From Candidatus Saccharimonadota bacterium (GTDB lineage: Bacteria > Patescibacteriota > Saccharimonadia > Saccharimonadales > VXPC01), in contig JAPOWB010000003.1 of the NCBI GenBank assembly GCA_026707815.1, forward strand, positions 3,380-67,379: a DNA stretch of 64,000 nt, in the 5' to 3' direction. The translations under genes were made by a program, and so were the position numbers. The notes under the pieces are model-generated. The model saw only the letters and a list, made by a program, of their open reading frames with translations. It was not told the DNA's origin and ran no database searches. This document shows positions 37,601-48,600 of the stretch, in pieces. The stretch's first letter is position 1; each line of letters begins with the position of its first letter.

Positions 37601-38833
37601 TTAAATATCAGATGTATAATCGATGGACTGTTGACCATACTGACTTCTCAGATTAATATTACAGGTTTGATATAAACTATGATTGGGAGCTTGAAGATGA
37701 ATAGACAGTGAATAATAATCATGATGATCAATAATAATTCCGAAAGTTGCCCAGCGACCACTGCCCGCCCACAAACAACCCCGATAAATCACTGTTCCAT
37801 CGGCAATAGCTAGAATGTCTGTCCCCTCATCATGACCAATATCTAAACCTCGATGGGCTGGATGATAAACTTGAGTTACTCGTCTAACATCTTGCTCAAC
37901 TGGCCAAACTAAATGATTTTGATTAATGAATGACCAAGGATTATAAGCTCGACCTTGTTTGGACAGAATTTCAATGTGTAAATGCGGTCCTGTCGACCAG
38001 CCAGTATTACCTAATTTACCAATCACCTCACCAGCTTTAATTTCTAAATTACAGCCATGGCAATTCAATTTAGTTACATCCCCCAAAGAAGCATCTCGCC
38101 AAAATGTCGGAACATCTGTATCTGTTTGCAGATTGGCATGGGGAATAAAAATTAACTCTCCAACTGGCAGTTGATTACCGTCTTCAATATCATTAAAATG
38201 CAAAAAATCATCTATGATGAAGTTGAAGCGCCCCGCCAAAGTTAAAACTGTATCATCAGGTTTGACTTCATAAACAATGCCATCCAAACCAATTGGCGGA
38301 ATAAACAATAATCGCCCGGCTTCTAAAGTGTTACTCAATAAACCATTACTTAATCGAATGCTATTGGCGCTAACCTTAAATCTATTAGCTAAAGAGATGA
38401 CTGTATCTCCTTCAGACGTAATATGAGGCAGGATATCATGTCGAGTCCGAATAGTTGAATTAATAATAACTGGCTTATCAATAACTGGCGAAGCTTCTAG
38501 GCTATCTGAAGAGAGAAGCAAGCGACTATTATAGGCTTGGGTTTCAATCCAAGCGGTTTCTCGAAAATCAACTAATTCGGCTAAATTCAAGGCGACTTCT
38601 GAAGTTGTCAGCAAATCCAGTAACGGACTCACCTCTTGTGATTCTGACTTTTCAATGACTTGATTAGTGGGATTCAAAAAACTCAAACGATCAAGCTGAG
38701 ACCAAATCAAAATGCTAACCAGTAAACTAACGCCCAAAACAGTTAGAATAATCTGAGATTGAGCTGATTGTTTCAAATACTGACCAAATCCAGAAGATCG
38801 GGATGAATTATCATTAGAAAATAGCTTGGTCAT
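37601..38833 (-). CDS. M23 family metallopeptidase with two LysM-like domains
   Basis: HxxxD (HRGLDI) and GNTGWSTGPHLHIEI M23 motifs. Two LysM-like repeats (EGDTVISLANRFKV, KPDDTVLTLAGRFNF). N-terminal TM segment. Confidence 0.85.
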   Translation of the reverse strand: MTKLFSNDNSSRSSGFGQYLKQSAQSQIILTVLGVSLLVSILIWSQLDRLSFLNPTNQVIEKSESQEVSPLLDLLTTSEVALNLAELVDFRETAWIETQAYNSRLLLSSDSLEASPVIDKPVIINSTIRTRHDILPHITSEGDTVISLANRFKVSANSIRLSNGLLSNTLEAGRLLFIPPIGLDGIVYEVKPDDTVLTLAGRFNFIIDDFLHFNDIEDGNQLPVGELIFIPHANLQTDTDVPTFWRDASLGDVTKLNCHGCNLEIKAGEVIGKLGNTGWSTGPHLHIEILSKQGRAYNPWSFINQNHLVWPVEQDVRRVTQVYHPAHRGLDIGHDEGTDILAIADGTVIYRGCLWAGSGRWATFGIIIDHHDYYSLSIHLQAPNHSLYQTCNINLRSQYGQQSIDYTSDI

Positions 38834-38974
38834 ACATTATCCATCAAAAAATATTTCTTAGCTTTTGACAATATTAGTATTCTTATATTTTAAGAATACT
38901 CCTACTGAAGCAAATCTTAAATTTAGACTCAATTTTATTATATCTCTAAAGCTTCTAAGAGCTTCTCATTTCAA

Positions 38975-40069
38975 TCAATGACAACCTTCAGAACAATAAA
39001 TGGCGGCATCAGAGGTATGCCCTTGCAGAGTTTGATTAAAATGAAAGGTGCAACTAGTTGAAGAGGCTCGACGACAATCATCACCAGTAAAGAAGAATAA
39101 GAAATCAGTCTCCGCTGGATAAGCAACTGCCTTAATAGTATTGCAAGAAACATTGCTAATTGGACTAGGTGGCAAACCTTTATGTATTCGGGTGTTGTAA
39201 GGGCTGGGATTTCCCAGACCTAAGTCAGAGTCAGTGATTTTATCGGCGTATTCAAAAGTAACATCTGAATCTAGTCGAATATTCTGATGATAACGCTTGA
39301 GAAAAACTTGAGCTACTTTATCTCTATCCTGCTTTAATTCAGCCTGTCCTCCAATCTCCTTTTCAATGATAGAAGCTAGAATAACTGCCTTGTGTATGTA
39401 ATCCTCATCACCATCAAATTGATTCATTAAAGCTTGCCTTACATCAGTCGTTAAGCATTGATCTTGGAAATAATCCAAGGCTCGACGAATAAGATGTTGA
39501 GCTGACTCAGCATTGAATTGATTAACAGCAAAGGTTTCAGGTGTAATATAACCTTCCAAGTCAGCATGGTCAGGAATAACATTTTTTATTAAATCATGAT
39601 TGGCATAAGTCTGTTTTTGTAAAGCCAATTGGATATCAGATCTTTGAAAGCCCTGCCTAGTTAGAGAAGCCTCTAGGTCTTTAATAGTCACTTCAGGTGG
39701 AATTAAGACATTAACATCCGCTAAAATACCGCTGACTAGGCGATTAGCAATTTCTGAAGCATAAAAGGAGGGACTTAGTTCAAAAACCCCCTCTTTAATC
39801 TGTTCATGCTGATTGTGGATTCGTAGATGCCACTTAAAGGCAGCTGCATCTCTGATTAAGTCAGCATTTTCAAGATTGATGGCTAATTCGTCTAGGGTAA
39901 TTTCTCTATCAACCAAAAACGACTGGGTTTGAGTTTGCTGGCGATCAACTGGCTTTAAATTCGAATTATACCAACGAATAATTAAAATTAACGAGGCTAC
40001 AAAGGCAAAAAATGCCAGCCAAGTAATCAACATTAAGATTTTTAAATTATTCTGAATCAGATTTCGCAT
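38975..40069 (-). CDS. mltG: endolytic murein transglycosylase MltG (YceG-like) with Cys-rich C-terminal tail
   Basis: N-terminal TM segment and the signature YNTRIHKGLPPSPISN. There is an extra C-terminal segment with 5 Cys (DDCRR...SCTFH...YCSEGCH). Confidence 0.85.
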   Translation of the reverse strand: MRNLIQNNLKILMLITWLAFFAFVASLILIIRWYNSNLKPVDRQQTQTQSFLVDREITLDELAINLENADLIRDAAAFKWHLRIHNQHEQIKEGVFELSPSFYASEIANRLVSGILADVNVLIPPEVTIKDLEASLTRQGFQRSDIQLALQKQTYANHDLIKNVIPDHADLEGYITPETFAVNQFNAESAQHLIRRALDYFQDQCLTTDVRQALMNQFDGDEDYIHKAVILASIIEKEIGGQAELKQDRDKVAQVFLKRYHQNIRLDSDVTFEYADKITDSDLGLGNPSPYNTRIHKGLPPSPISNVSCNTIKAVAYPAETDFLFFFTGDDCRRASSTSCTFHFNQTLQGHTSDAAIYCSEGCH

Positions 40070-40484
40070 ACTCTAAATAATCCATTAAAATGACACAAGC
40101 AGCTAAATCATCCTTGTATCGAGGATGAGTTGATTTAAGATCTAGTGTCTGAGCTTGATGAGTGCTTAAAGTTTCATCTTGATAAATAATGGGTAATTGT
40201 AAATTTAATTGAGCCTTTAGCTCTTCAACCCAAGTCTCAATAAAAGTTGTTTGTTGGGTTGGTTGACCATAGCGATTGAAGGGTAGACCAACAATTAAGC
40301 TAATTGGTTGATATGCTTGAAAAAGCTCCTCAAAACTCAACCAAACAGAATCTTTCTGAAGATCAATAATCTTCAGAGGCTCAACTAAACCAATCCGACT
40401 ATGAGCTCGAGCAACTCCCACTCGTCGACTGCCAATATCTAAAGCCAAAAGCTGACCCTCGGTTTTCAAAACTTTTTTAATCAT
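40047..40484 (-). CDS. ruvX: putative pre-16S rRNA nuclease / Holliday-junction-resolvase-like YqgF
   Basis: LLALDIGSRRVGVA N-terminus and DETLST motif typical of YqgF/RuvX. Length is 145 aa. Confidence 0.85.
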   Translation of the reverse strand: MIKKVLKTEGQLLALDIGSRRVGVARAHSRIGLVEPLKIIDLQKDSVWLSFEELFQAYQPISLIVGLPFNRYGQPTQQTTFIETWVEELKAQLNLQLPIIYQDETLSTHQAQTLDLKSTHPRYKDDLAACVILMDYLEYAKSDSE

Positions 40485-40501
40485 TTATTTTCAAAGAATC
40501 T

Positions 40502-42118
40502 TCAATTCTCATTATCTATATTGACACTAATATCGTCAATTTTCTCAGGTAAGCGGTCAATCCAAAATGCCCAAGCTGGTGACAATTTAATCTCTACCGA
40601 AGCAACTCCGTCTTGACGCCTGAGATTAGCAGCTAGTTGTTTGGCTAATTTACCAACAGATTGTTCTAAAATCTCATCCTCATATAAAATTACTCCGGCT
40701 TGAGCTTGGGAAATTTGAATGATGATATCATAATCATAATTAGCCGCTTCAATCACGGTTGGCTCGGCTGTCCCTGCCCCCAGTGGAATCACTGCTTCTA
40801 AAATAGTGCTTGACTGAGTCAAACCATCATCAATGATTTGTAGATCTTGGGCTTTATTTTCTAATTCCGGGCGAATTAATTTAGCTAGATCAGTTGAGCG
40901 AATACCACCCATATAATAGACAACAACTTGGTGAAGCTGATTATTGCTAATCTGAGGGCATAAATCAGGTTCAATCATATCATCATTGGCTTGTTGGAAG
41001 GTTTCAGGCAAAGGAATAAGATTATTGTTTTGAAGAAGATTGATTAAATCATCCCGAGCTTGATGATGAGTTCGACTTTGGATGAAATCCTCTTTAGCTC
41101 GCTCCAAATCTGAGGCTGTCACACAACTCCGAGTCGACTGACCACCAGCTAAATCTAGACCTCGAACATTATAATGATCGGGGTTATAACCAATAATGGA
41201 ATAACTGCCAGTTGCTAAATTATAATCCTCTCCGGGAGAGACAGCTTCAATCTGAACACTTCGATGATTTAAATTAATGCCTGAAGCAAAGGCTCGACAA
41301 TTTCTAATATCGGCTGAAGCTGGGATCGAAAACTCTAAATCTTCTGATTGCAAAACAAAATCTAAACCATTTCTTCTGAAAATAGTTTGACCATTTATAA
41401 GTAACTCATTAGATGGATGACAATTATAAATCTCAATCACGCCACTGGCTTTGGCTCCGGAAGTTTGACCACTAGTAGAAATATCGTAAGTATAGGTTTG
41501 AGCTGTGGAGAGCATCATTAAAGGTAGTTGCCTATTTTCAATATTTGGTTTTTGAATATCTAAAGATAAATCAGCTTGAACATTAATGCTCAAATCTGTT
41601 AGAGCAGTTTTAATATTAATCTCAGCTGTTTGAGGAGTTAAATAATAAAGCAGAAATACGCCAAAAATTATAACCCCAACTAAAGTTGATAGCTTAAATA
41701 ATCGGGTTTTTAAAACTTTAATTAAGCGAGTTGAGAAACTCCTGCCTGAATCCGAACTAATCTCAGTTGTCGACAAGTTATTAGGGCTGATACCAGCTTC
41801 TGACTGGGATTGACTAGAATCTTCGGTCTTTAAATCATCAAGATGGTCTAAAGAATCAAAAACTGTTAAATTATAATGTTCAGCTAAACTCCGAGTTGAG
41901 GGATTATTTGTAATCAAAATCAATTCAGAATTAAGACTTTGATTAAGATTTGCTAATAAGCGAAGACTGAAAGGCTTGCTAAAGATAACTGATTGAGCTG
42001 GAATAACCAAGACTAACTTGTTTGCTTTGTGAGCATTAATTTGACTTATAACCTCGACTATATCAGCTTCAACAGATAGATGAATGACCTGAGTTGTTGA
42101 TCTGGTTTTTCTTTTCAT
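40502..42118 (-). CDS. hypothetical single-pass membrane protein (538 aa)
   Basis: ~140-aa cytoplasmic N-domain, a TM segment (LSTLVGVIIFGVFLLYYL) and a large external domain. No motif recognised. Confidence 0.5.
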   Translation of the reverse strand: MKRKTRSTTQVIHLSVEADIVEVISQINAHKANKLVLVIPAQSVIFSKPFSLRLLANLNQSLNSELILITNNPSTRSLAEHYNLTVFDSLDHLDDLKTEDSSQSQSEAGISPNNLSTTEISSDSGRSFSTRLIKVLKTRLFKLSTLVGVIIFGVFLLYYLTPQTAEINIKTALTDLSINVQADLSLDIQKPNIENRQLPLMMLSTAQTYTYDISTSGQTSGAKASGVIEIYNCHPSNELLINGQTIFRRNGLDFVLQSEDLEFSIPASADIRNCRAFASGINLNHRSVQIEAVSPGEDYNLATGSYSIIGYNPDHYNVRGLDLAGGQSTRSCVTASDLERAKEDFIQSRTHHQARDDLINLLQNNNLIPLPETFQQANDDMIEPDLCPQISNNQLHQVVVYYMGGIRSTDLAKLIRPELENKAQDLQIIDDGLTQSSTILEAVIPLGAGTAEPTVIEAANYDYDIIIQISQAQAGVILYEDEILEQSVGKLAKQLAANLRRQDGVASVEIKLSPAWAFWIDRLPEKIDDISVNIDNEN

Positions 42119-43422
42119 TATTTTTTAAGACTCTCTTTTTGGATTTTGAGCTCATAAAGATCGGGTAAAGTTATATAGTAATCACAATTATGAAATTTAT
42201 CCCAACTCAACTGACTCAAACCAATATTGACAGCCAAAGAACCTCGATTCATAATCTCAGCTGGCAAACGACTAGATAATTGATTGAAATTAAGAGTCTG
42301 GACTGTTGGTTTATCTTTGAAAACTCCCAAATCAAACCAGTTAAGCTTGGTTAAAGTTTGAGAAGCTAAATCAAAATTACTTAAATAACCAGTTAGATAA
42401 ATCTGATGAGGCAAAAATGTTAAATTTAAATCTTCTAAAACTAAAGCTAAAGCTTTTAACCAAACTTTCAAAGTTTGATTAATGCTTTTTAAGACTGCCT
42501 GACGCTGACTTTTGCTTAACTGAGATAAGTCAAAAGCATTGTTGTCATCCATTAAAGTGATATCAATGGATTGATTGCCCTCTTCAAGATCTCGATTCAG
42601 AGCAGCTTGAAAATGCCACCAGCCAATATTGAACATTTGGCTGGCAAATAAAATACCACCATGGACAATAGTGACATAAGTTGTATCAGCCTCCATGTGT
42701 AATATTAAGCCACTATCTTTGGTAGCTTGAGCTTTTTGCAATCTTAACCAGCCCTGACCAACAGCAAAAGGTTTAGAGGCTAATTTAATGATTGGCAATT
42801 TTAAAGCTACTTTCAAATCTTGGACTAATTGGCGATAGCGTTGATCAATGAAAGAATGATAAAACCCCAAGCTAACAAAGTTAGCTGATTGACCAATTAG
42901 TTTAGGGTAAAGTTGGCTATCTAAAGTAAAGCCAATTAGAGATCTATCCAAAGCCACCAAATCGACATTATGAATTTGCTGATTGAACTCCATCTTTGTC
43001 AAAGCTTTTTGTTGGGCAGCTACTTGATTATTCTGCATGAATTGTTTGAGTTCATCAACATCCAAAGCCACTTGAGGATTGGAACGACGAATTTTATCTC
43101 TTTGAGTTATTGCCTGTATAAAACCCCCACCCAAAGCTAGGCTAAAGCCACTAAGCTTAGCTGATAAGCCCTTAGTTGCCTGTGACAAAGCTTTTTGGCA
43201 AGCTTTGATTAAATCATTAGCTTTCAGAAGATACTCATCAGAAGATTGAAATTTAACTGGTCTTTGAATGCACTTAATAATTTCAAAATTCTCTTTTTTG
43301 AGAACTGTTAGACTGACTTTAATAACATCCAAATCTATATCAAAGCAAGCCACCATTTTCAAAGAAGTTTTCTGGATAACATTTGACTTAGATGAACCAG
43401 AAGATTTAGACAAAAACCGCAT
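42118..43422 (-). CDS. actin-fold ATPase-like protein (FtsA/PilM-like, degenerate phosphate motifs)
   Basis: VACFDIDLDVIKVSL and LHMEADTTYVTIVHGG occupy the positions of the phosphate-1 and phosphate-2 motifs of PilM/FtsA, but the usual glycines are missing. Confidence 0.4.
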   Translation of the reverse strand: MRFLSKSSGSSKSNVIQKTSLKMVACFDIDLDVIKVSLTVLKKENFEIIKCIQRPVKFQSSDEYLLKANDLIKACQKALSQATKGLSAKLSGFSLALGGGFIQAITQRDKIRRSNPQVALDVDELKQFMQNNQVAAQQKALTKMEFNQQIHNVDLVALDRSLIGFTLDSQLYPKLIGQSANFVSLGFYHSFIDQRYRQLVQDLKVALKLPIIKLASKPFAVGQGWLRLQKAQATKDSGLILHMEADTTYVTIVHGGILFASQMFNIGWWHFQAALNRDLEEGNQSIDITLMDDNNAFDLSQLSKSQRQAVLKSINQTLKVWLKALALVLEDLNLTFLPHQIYLTGYLSNFDLASQTLTKLNWFDLGVFKDKPTVQTLNFNQLSSRLPAEIMNRGSLAVNIGLSQLSWDKFHNCDYYITLPDLYELKIQKESLKK

Positions 43423-43502
43423 ATGCTTAATTGTATGATACTATATTCAAATTTCTCAAAATCATCTAATCCAATAATTCTTTATCTAAAGCTATACTAG
43501 TT

Positions 43503-45392
43503 TCATTTTAAAACAGCCTTGATACGTCTAACTCCAGCTGACGAGGATTCTTCCTTGATAATCTTAAATCGCCGACCATCCTCAGACAATTGACTGGTTC
43601 TCTGGACATGGGGTCCACCGCAAATTTCTCGAGAATAATGCTTGCCTTGGGGGTCACCAACAGTATAGACTTTGACTTTATCACCATATTTATCTCCAAA
43701 AGCTCCCAAAACCCCTTCAGCCAAAGCTTTTTGAGTGTCAACAATCTCCCAGGTAATTTTCCAGTCAGCCTCTATTTGCTGATTAACGGTGTCTTCAATC
43801 TGAGCAATTTGCTCAGGGGTAACTTTAGTCTTGTGGCTAAAGTCAAATCTTAATCTTTCAGTTGTAATATTGCTACCTCTTTGGGTAACTTCTGAACCTA
43901 AGGTTAATTTTAAGGCCTTATACATTAAATGAGTCGCCGTATGATACTTAATAGTCATCGGTTGATGGTCTGCTAATCCTCCTTTATATGAACCTATTTC
44001 AATAGTTTGAGAACGTTGGCGCTGTTGAATCATTAACTGATTAAATTTATCTAATAAATTATCCTCTAAAGTTATATCTTGACGATGGGCTTCTTCCAAA
44101 GATAATTCTTTAGGAAAACCATAGGTATCATATAAGACAAACAGGCTCTGCCCAGTTAAGAGCTTCTTTTGGGTTAATTTTTCAAATTGTCTTAAGCCAG
44201 CTTTGAGAGTCCTTTGAAAAACTTGCTCCTCCTTTTTTAAAACTTCGATTAAGCCAGTGTGTTGTTTTTCAAATTCTGGATAAGCCTCAGTATAGACTTG
44301 ACAAATGAGGGGTGTTAAAATATCACTCAAAGAAATTTTGACACCCAACTTTGAAGCCTGCAACTGAGCTCTTCTGATTAATCTTCGCATCACATAACCT
44401 TGCTCTTTATTAGAGGGGATTACCCCATCCAAAGCCAGCCAAGTAGCAGCTCGCCAATGGTCGGCAATAATCCTAAAAGAAGTTGGTTGGTTGGCGTAAT
44501 CAAGCTGGCTTAAATAACTTAACTTCTCAATCATTGGTAGCAATAAATCTGTTTTGAAAATATCCGGCTGATTCAAGCTAGCAGCGACTAATCTTTCCAA
44601 ACCGCCTCCGAAATCAACATTTTTACTTTTCAAGGATTGAAAGCCAGTTTCAGTTTTTTGATATTCCATAAAAACTGAGTTGCCAATTTCTAGAAATCGA
44701 CCAGAATCCGAAGCTGGATGAGGCAGTCCATATTTATCTTGATTATGGTACTCGTTACCAAAATCAAAAAAGAATTCACAGTCGCCCCCAGCTGGATCAC
44801 CTAGAGGAGTTTTATCAATTCCTCCCCCTCGAGACCACCAGTTTTCGTCATCGTTATAATAAAAAATCCGACCATCCTGCATACCGCTTTGACTAGCTTG
44901 ATCAGCTGAAATTAGATCAACTATTTTAGCTTCTAGACCTCGAGCTTGATAAAGCCCTTGTAGAATATGAGCACTAGTGAAATCTTTCTTTAAAGAATAT
45001 TTGTCATCACCACGAAAACAAGTTACATAAAGTCTGTTAACATCCAGCTTTAAATCATCAACTAAAAAATTAAAAAACCAAGTTAGTTGGTCTTTTTTAA
45101 AATAATCCCCCAAAGACCAGTTGCCCAACATCTCAAAGCAGGTGGTATGACTATTATCCCCGACTTCATCAATGTCTTGAGTTCTCAGACAAATTTGGCT
45201 ATTAGCTAATCTCTGTCCTTGAGGATGAGATTCCCCCAATAAATAAGGTAATAACGGCTGCATACCTGATCCGGTAAACAAAGTAGTTGGATCATTTTGC
45301 AAAACTAAGGAAGCTCTACCAATTAATGCATGATCTCGCTTTTGCATATGCCTTAAATAGGCTTGCCGGATGAATTTAGAAGTCATAATCAA
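43503..45392 (-). CDS. alaS: alanyl-tRNA synthetase, short form (no C-Ala domain)
   Basis: Class II core (DPTTLFTGSGMQP, FEMLGNWSLGDYFK) and editing-domain metal motifs (HTATHLM...CGGPHV). 629 aa. Confidence 0.9.
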   Translation of the reverse strand: MIMTSKFIRQAYLRHMQKRDHALIGRASLVLQNDPTTLFTGSGMQPLLPYLLGESHPQGQRLANSQICLRTQDIDEVGDNSHTTCFEMLGNWSLGDYFKKDQLTWFFNFLVDDLKLDVNRLYVTCFRGDDKYSLKKDFTSAHILQGLYQARGLEAKIVDLISADQASQSGMQDGRIFYYNDDENWWSRGGGIDKTPLGDPAGGDCEFFFDFGNEYHNQDKYGLPHPASDSGRFLEIGNSVFMEYQKTETGFQSLKSKNVDFGGGLERLVAASLNQPDIFKTDLLLPMIEKLSYLSQLDYANQPTSFRIIADHWRAATWLALDGVIPSNKEQGYVMRRLIRRAQLQASKLGVKISLSDILTPLICQVYTEAYPEFEKQHTGLIEVLKKEEQVFQRTLKAGLRQFEKLTQKKLLTGQSLFVLYDTYGFPKELSLEEAHRQDITLEDNLLDKFNQLMIQQRQRSQTIEIGSYKGGLADHQPMTIKYHTATHLMYKALKLTLGSEVTQRGSNITTERLRFDFSHKTKVTPEQIAQIEDTVNQQIEADWKITWEIVDTQKALAEGVLGAFGDKYGDKVKVYTVGDPQGKHYSREICGGPHVQRTSQLSEDGRRFKIIKEESSSAGVRRIKAVLK

Positions 45393-45638
45393 TCAATTTT
45401 CTAGCAAATCAACTTCCCTTTGAAGCTCAATGGCTTGGTTTGGTGAACGATTCACATCAATTAAGCCATCAATTTCTCTGATTAGCTCATTTGAACGAAC
45501 CTTGAATTGCTCAAGATGATCAAATTTAGTTTTTGCTTCTTTAAAATTTGGGATAAGTTTTTCCATAAGATTTAGTATAACAAACCAACCCGCATCGATT
45601 AAGATTAAGCCCTTAGAACTTAATGATAAACTCGACAA
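45393..45638 (-). CDS. small hypothetical protein
   Basis: ORF wedged between the giant gene's stop (19-nt overlap) and the alaS start (contiguous). The internal Met (MEKLIPNF...) may be the real start. No motif recognised. Confidence 0.3.
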   Translation of the reverse strand: MSSLSLSSKGLILIDAGWFVILNLMEKLIPNFKEAKTKFDHLEQFKVRSNELIREIDGLIDVNRSPNQAIELQREVDLLEN

Positions 45639-48600
45639 TTTGCATCTATTTCCGCAGTATCGGGACCATAACGCAGAACTCTACCAGTCTCATGTTGGAC
45701 ATCATCCAAATCAGCAGTCGGATGTTCTAAGATTGTGCCATAATCTGGATCACTGATTAACAATTTACAAATACTGGTGGCTGTGTGAATGCCACTTTCT
45801 GGTAAGGGTACAGGCGGTAGAAGAGAAATGCGTTCTTCTAGTCTAACTTTAATGCCTTCAGCTCGACCAGTAGCTCGCAAAACAGCTTGAACATCCAAGA
45901 AAGGCAGACTATCTTCAGTATCTTGCCAAATTTTCTTATCTTGATTAAGATCATCTGTTATATTTAGGGGATTATTGAAGTGAATACCCCTATAACCTTT
46001 AAGAGTTATATCAGCTTTACCATAAAAGGAGGTAATGTTAATAAGATACTGGGTATTATCTCCAGGATCAATCTGTGGATCAGTATCTCTGATAGCTGCA
46101 ATTACTTTGGGGAATTTTAAGATATGTTGACAATTGCCCTTAGCATTACAGCGTCCATGGATAATATCTCCAGGTTTAATATTGGCGAAATTAGATCTGG
46201 ATTTAGTCGCTCGAGGATTACCCTTAGATGCCAGAGTAGCAGTATCACCTGGCTGAGAATAATTATCGCTTGGATAAAGATAGAAAATCTTAGTATTTTG
46301 AGCCAACGACTGTCGACTAAAGCCCGAAGAATCTAAAGCTGTAATTTGAACTTGCAAGATAGTTGCATCTAAATTCCAATCATTGTAACGAGGTAATTGA
46401 GGGTATTGAAAAGCAGCTGAAGGAATGTAATTATAGGGTGGATCACCCAAATCTTGTTTTCTCCATTTAATTTTTAACTTACCCATTCTGGATTGAGTTT
46501 TTAATAAAGCATTAAAAGAGTGATCATGAGAAACTCCATCATATCTAATGTCATCAGGATTTAATTCTAAATCTAAACAAGTATAACCAACATCACCATC
46601 AGCTTGAGGATCTTGCCAGAAATCCCAGCGAAACTGATTAGCTAAATTATTGAATCTAGGATCACTCTTCTTTAAGCAATCTACCCCACCGCCGCTCAGT
46701 AAAGCTCGATATGTGGATTGTCCAGTATTTGAATCTACTCGAATAGGTTTGGAATAGTAATCGTTGGCAGGAGTCTCCTGATCTTCAATGGTAAAACAAA
46801 CATAAATAGTGTTACTTCGAGCACTTTTTGGGAATCTCATTCTAACAGATTCTGAAGAAGGTACACCGACATCGGCGTTAGGTAAAGGTGGAGTAACTCC
46901 AACAATTGGACTGGGTGCAGTCACTGATCGAGCATCTATTCTTATATAATCTGAGTTGGAAATACCGGAATAATCATCTGGATTACAGTCAGAAGGCGGA
47001 GTATTGACAGCAACATAATAGCCCCATGTAGCCTGATTAAGATGACGAGGAGAATCAGCTGGGACTTTACCCTGAGCCCAGACTGTAGCCACTTCAGTTA
47101 AATAATTCCATTGATATTGAACATCAATAGTCGGCACGTTAATTGAATTTGGATCAACTGGAGCAATTGGAGTATCTACTGGACCAAAAACATGAACAGC
47201 ATCTTTTGAGCCGACTGCTAAAACTCCCGAAGTTAATGCCACAGATTGACCAAATCGATCTCCGTTTTGAACAATATTGTTATTTCTCAAATTATCAATG
47301 TCAACATCTTCATTAATCAAACCATGACTAGAAGAATGTTCATATCGATAAACAGCCCCCGTAGCCTTGCCAGATAGAGTGGTTCCATCTTCTTCTTTAT
47401 CGCTTAACTTAGCTCCAATAATCACATCATCGCCATAATTAGCGACACTCGAACCAAAACCTTGAAAATCATTCCTTCTAATATGTAGGAGAATTAATGT
47501 ATCAGGTGTTCTTGGGGCATCATACTCAATTCTGCCCCCAGAATGATCTCTTTTGATTAAAGCTCGAGGCGTTACGCAATTAGAACAATTGGGATCGCTA
47601 TTCAAACTAACTACAATTTCTCTGGGGTTATTATCTATGAATGTAGCATTAATTTCGTCGGTGGCAGTAAAAACTGGAGGCTTAAAATCATCACCATGAT
47701 CAAACCCCCCAGCAGGATAAACCGTATATTGATGAAGCTGATTGCTGCCATGCAATCTAGAATAGGTTGCTAAATCACCTGATTGTAATTCCTTTATCAT
47801 ACATCTCCAACCAATTCGATGAGTGTCCGCAGTATTATAAATCGGCTGAAAGGCAACCGCATCGGATAATGAAGAAAGGGTTCTGCATCTAATCTGATTG
47901 GTATGTACACCTCCATTTTCATCGGGATGATATGAGTTTATAGTAGTACTAGGAGTAGTTTTCAGAATTTGGGGATGTGAACACTCATAACCCCAGTAAA
48001 ATTTAGTAGGAGTGCTGGGATTATTGTCGTGATCAAAATTATTAAGAATAATAAACTTCCACTGACTATCATGGGTACTGGGATTACCATCAGGATCTAT
48101 CTTAGTAGTTCCGCAATGTGTCAAAGAGGCAGAACTACTGGGGGGAGCAGTCATATAGGCAACATCATGAGTGGTGAGAAAAGCTAATTTATCAGAATTT
48201 AATGTTTTACCAGACAACGAGCGAGCATCTGTAATTAAATCCAAAGACTGAATCTTTTTAAGTTGAGTATCACTTGTATATAATTCAAGATCCCAATTCC
48301 AAGATTGAGTAGTCAAATTAGATGTATCCAATTTATAAATATATAATCGACTATATTTATTGCTGGGAGCATCGGAAATTGAGGCTACACCTAGGTAAAC
48401 CTTATTACTAGAATCTTTGTATAGAGAAACTGCTCTACCAAATTGCTCTTCAACACCATCAGCTTTCAAAACTTTACAGTCTTGTAATTTATGATTGCTG
48501 GGATTTGCATCTTGGTCAGCAGTGCAGTTATTTTTTGCTTGCCACTCTCGATCTGCCCAGTTGTAGGTATAAATTTTCAATCCCCCTTGAGAGCCTTTGT

